DNA from: an uncultured Chthonomonadaceae bacterium
Lineage (GTDB): Bacteria > Armatimonadota > Chthonomonadetes > Chthonomonadales > Chthonomonadaceae
Direction of reading: 5' to 3'
Length of the DNA: 64,000 nucleotides
Assembly (NCBI GenBank): GCA_963817895.1
Contig: CAWFQB010000004.1
Span: forward strand, 320,001 to 384,000
Positions within the stretch are counted from its first letter, which is position 1, and every line of letters begins with the position of its first letter. The position numbers and the translations under genes were made by a program. This document shows, one piece after another, positions 63,218 through 64,000 of the stretch. The notes beneath the pieces were generated by a model. The model saw only the letters and a list, made by a program, of their open reading frames with translations. It was not told where the DNA came from and did not search any database.

Positions 63218-63999
63218 TATTTATCTCCCCGGCGCAGAAGGCTCATGCTGTCGGTTTGATTGGGAGTGCTGAGAGGCGTGATGCTTCCGTTCCACAGGGC
63301 GGGATTGGTCGGGCCGACGTTGGCAGGCAATTGCTGCGGGCCGAAGACCCCGATACCGGCGAAGAAGTTGTCGCCCCACCCGAAGTTCTGCGCGGTCAGG
63401 CAGTCGGATTCAGATGTGAATCCTTTGCCTTTTCCCCCCGTAATGTCGCCCCATCCGAAGTTCTCCGACGTGATACCCTTGCCCTTGCCCCCGGTAATGT
63501 CGCCCCAACCGAAGTTGGAACCGGCGATATTGCCGCCCCAGCCGATGCCCGTAATGTCTACAGTGCCATCCGCGTTACGGGTGAGGGAGGGGCTGAGGGC
63601 GTGATCCGCCGTCACCTGCGTCAGCGCCAGCGCGCCGACAACATTAAGATATCCCGCGCCGTAAGACATATAATCCATGCTGGCCGTTTTCGTGGCGGAA
63701 AGCATCAATCGCGCTTTGATGGTATCCGGGGTGAGGGTCGGGTCGGCTTGCAGCAGCAGGGCGGCTCCGCCCGCAACAACGGGAGCGGCCATGGAGGTTC
63801 CTGACAGCACAAGGTACGACCTGGCGCCTGTCCCGCCGTAGAGAGTTGGATCGAGCAGACTGCTGCCCGCCTGCGTCACCAGTGTGCTGCCCGCTGCGGC
63901 CAGACTCACCATTGCGTTCCCGGGGGCAACGAGGTCGGGCTTGAGAACCAGATCGCCGGCAGAGGGGCCGCGCGAACTATACGTGCAAATAATGTCATC
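63217..63999 (-). CDS. S8 subtilisin-like serine protease, C-terminal part, with GWG(D) repeats
   Basis: YSSRGP, KPDLVAPG, SGTSMAAPVVAG, GAGYLN; the ORF runs off the window. Confidence 0.92.
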   Translation of the reverse strand, partial: DDIICTYSSRGPSAGDLVLKPDLVAPGNAMVSLAAAGSTLVTQAGSSLLDPTLYGGTGARSYLVLSGTSMAAPVVAGGAALLLQADPTLTPDTIKARLMLSATKTASMDYMSYGAGYLNVVGALALTQVTADHALSPSLTRNADGTVDITGIGWGGNIAGSNFGWGDITGGKGKGITSENFGWGDITGGKGKGFTSESDCLTAQNFGWGDNFFAGIGVFGPQQLPANVGPTNPALWNGSITPLSTPNQTDSMSLLRRGDK

Positions 64000-64000
64000 G

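Overview
GC-rich bacterial chromosomal window. The gene content (DUF1501 and DUF1549/DUF1553 proteins, cyclase-STAND-TPR, WD40) suggests Armatimonadota, but that is inference only. In order it holds: prmC end; ABC ATPase, CPBP protease and TPR genes; a DUF2089/DUF4097/SHOCT-like cluster; apgM; an IS982 element; an MXKDX-type Met/Lys repeat protein; hisC; a ~14 kb minus-strand glycan cluster (split transketolase, SDR-GT2 fusion, methyltransferase, four GT-C-like proteins, acyltransferase); a four-gene ABC exporter; MOSC; polA; two sugar-phosphate isomerase-like genes; a cyclase-STAND-TPR gene; a second IS982; DUF1553-[HEPN pair]-DUF1501; secreted propeller and protease genes; a disrupted HelD-like ATPase; a toxin-antitoxin patch; DUF1501; and an S8 protease end. 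About 14 genes, including polA and prmC, carry small frameshifts that most likely reflect long-read indel errors. The most striking signal is a pervasive set of short tandem (7-9 nt) inverted-repeat elements. They start at stop codons between genes, bracket an orphan gene, host an IS, and sit inside at least five protein genes. One ~70-nt module recurs 46 kb apart in unrelated genes, and in one copy exactly the units that would create in-frame stops are altered. No rRNA, tRNA or CRISPR array was recognised.
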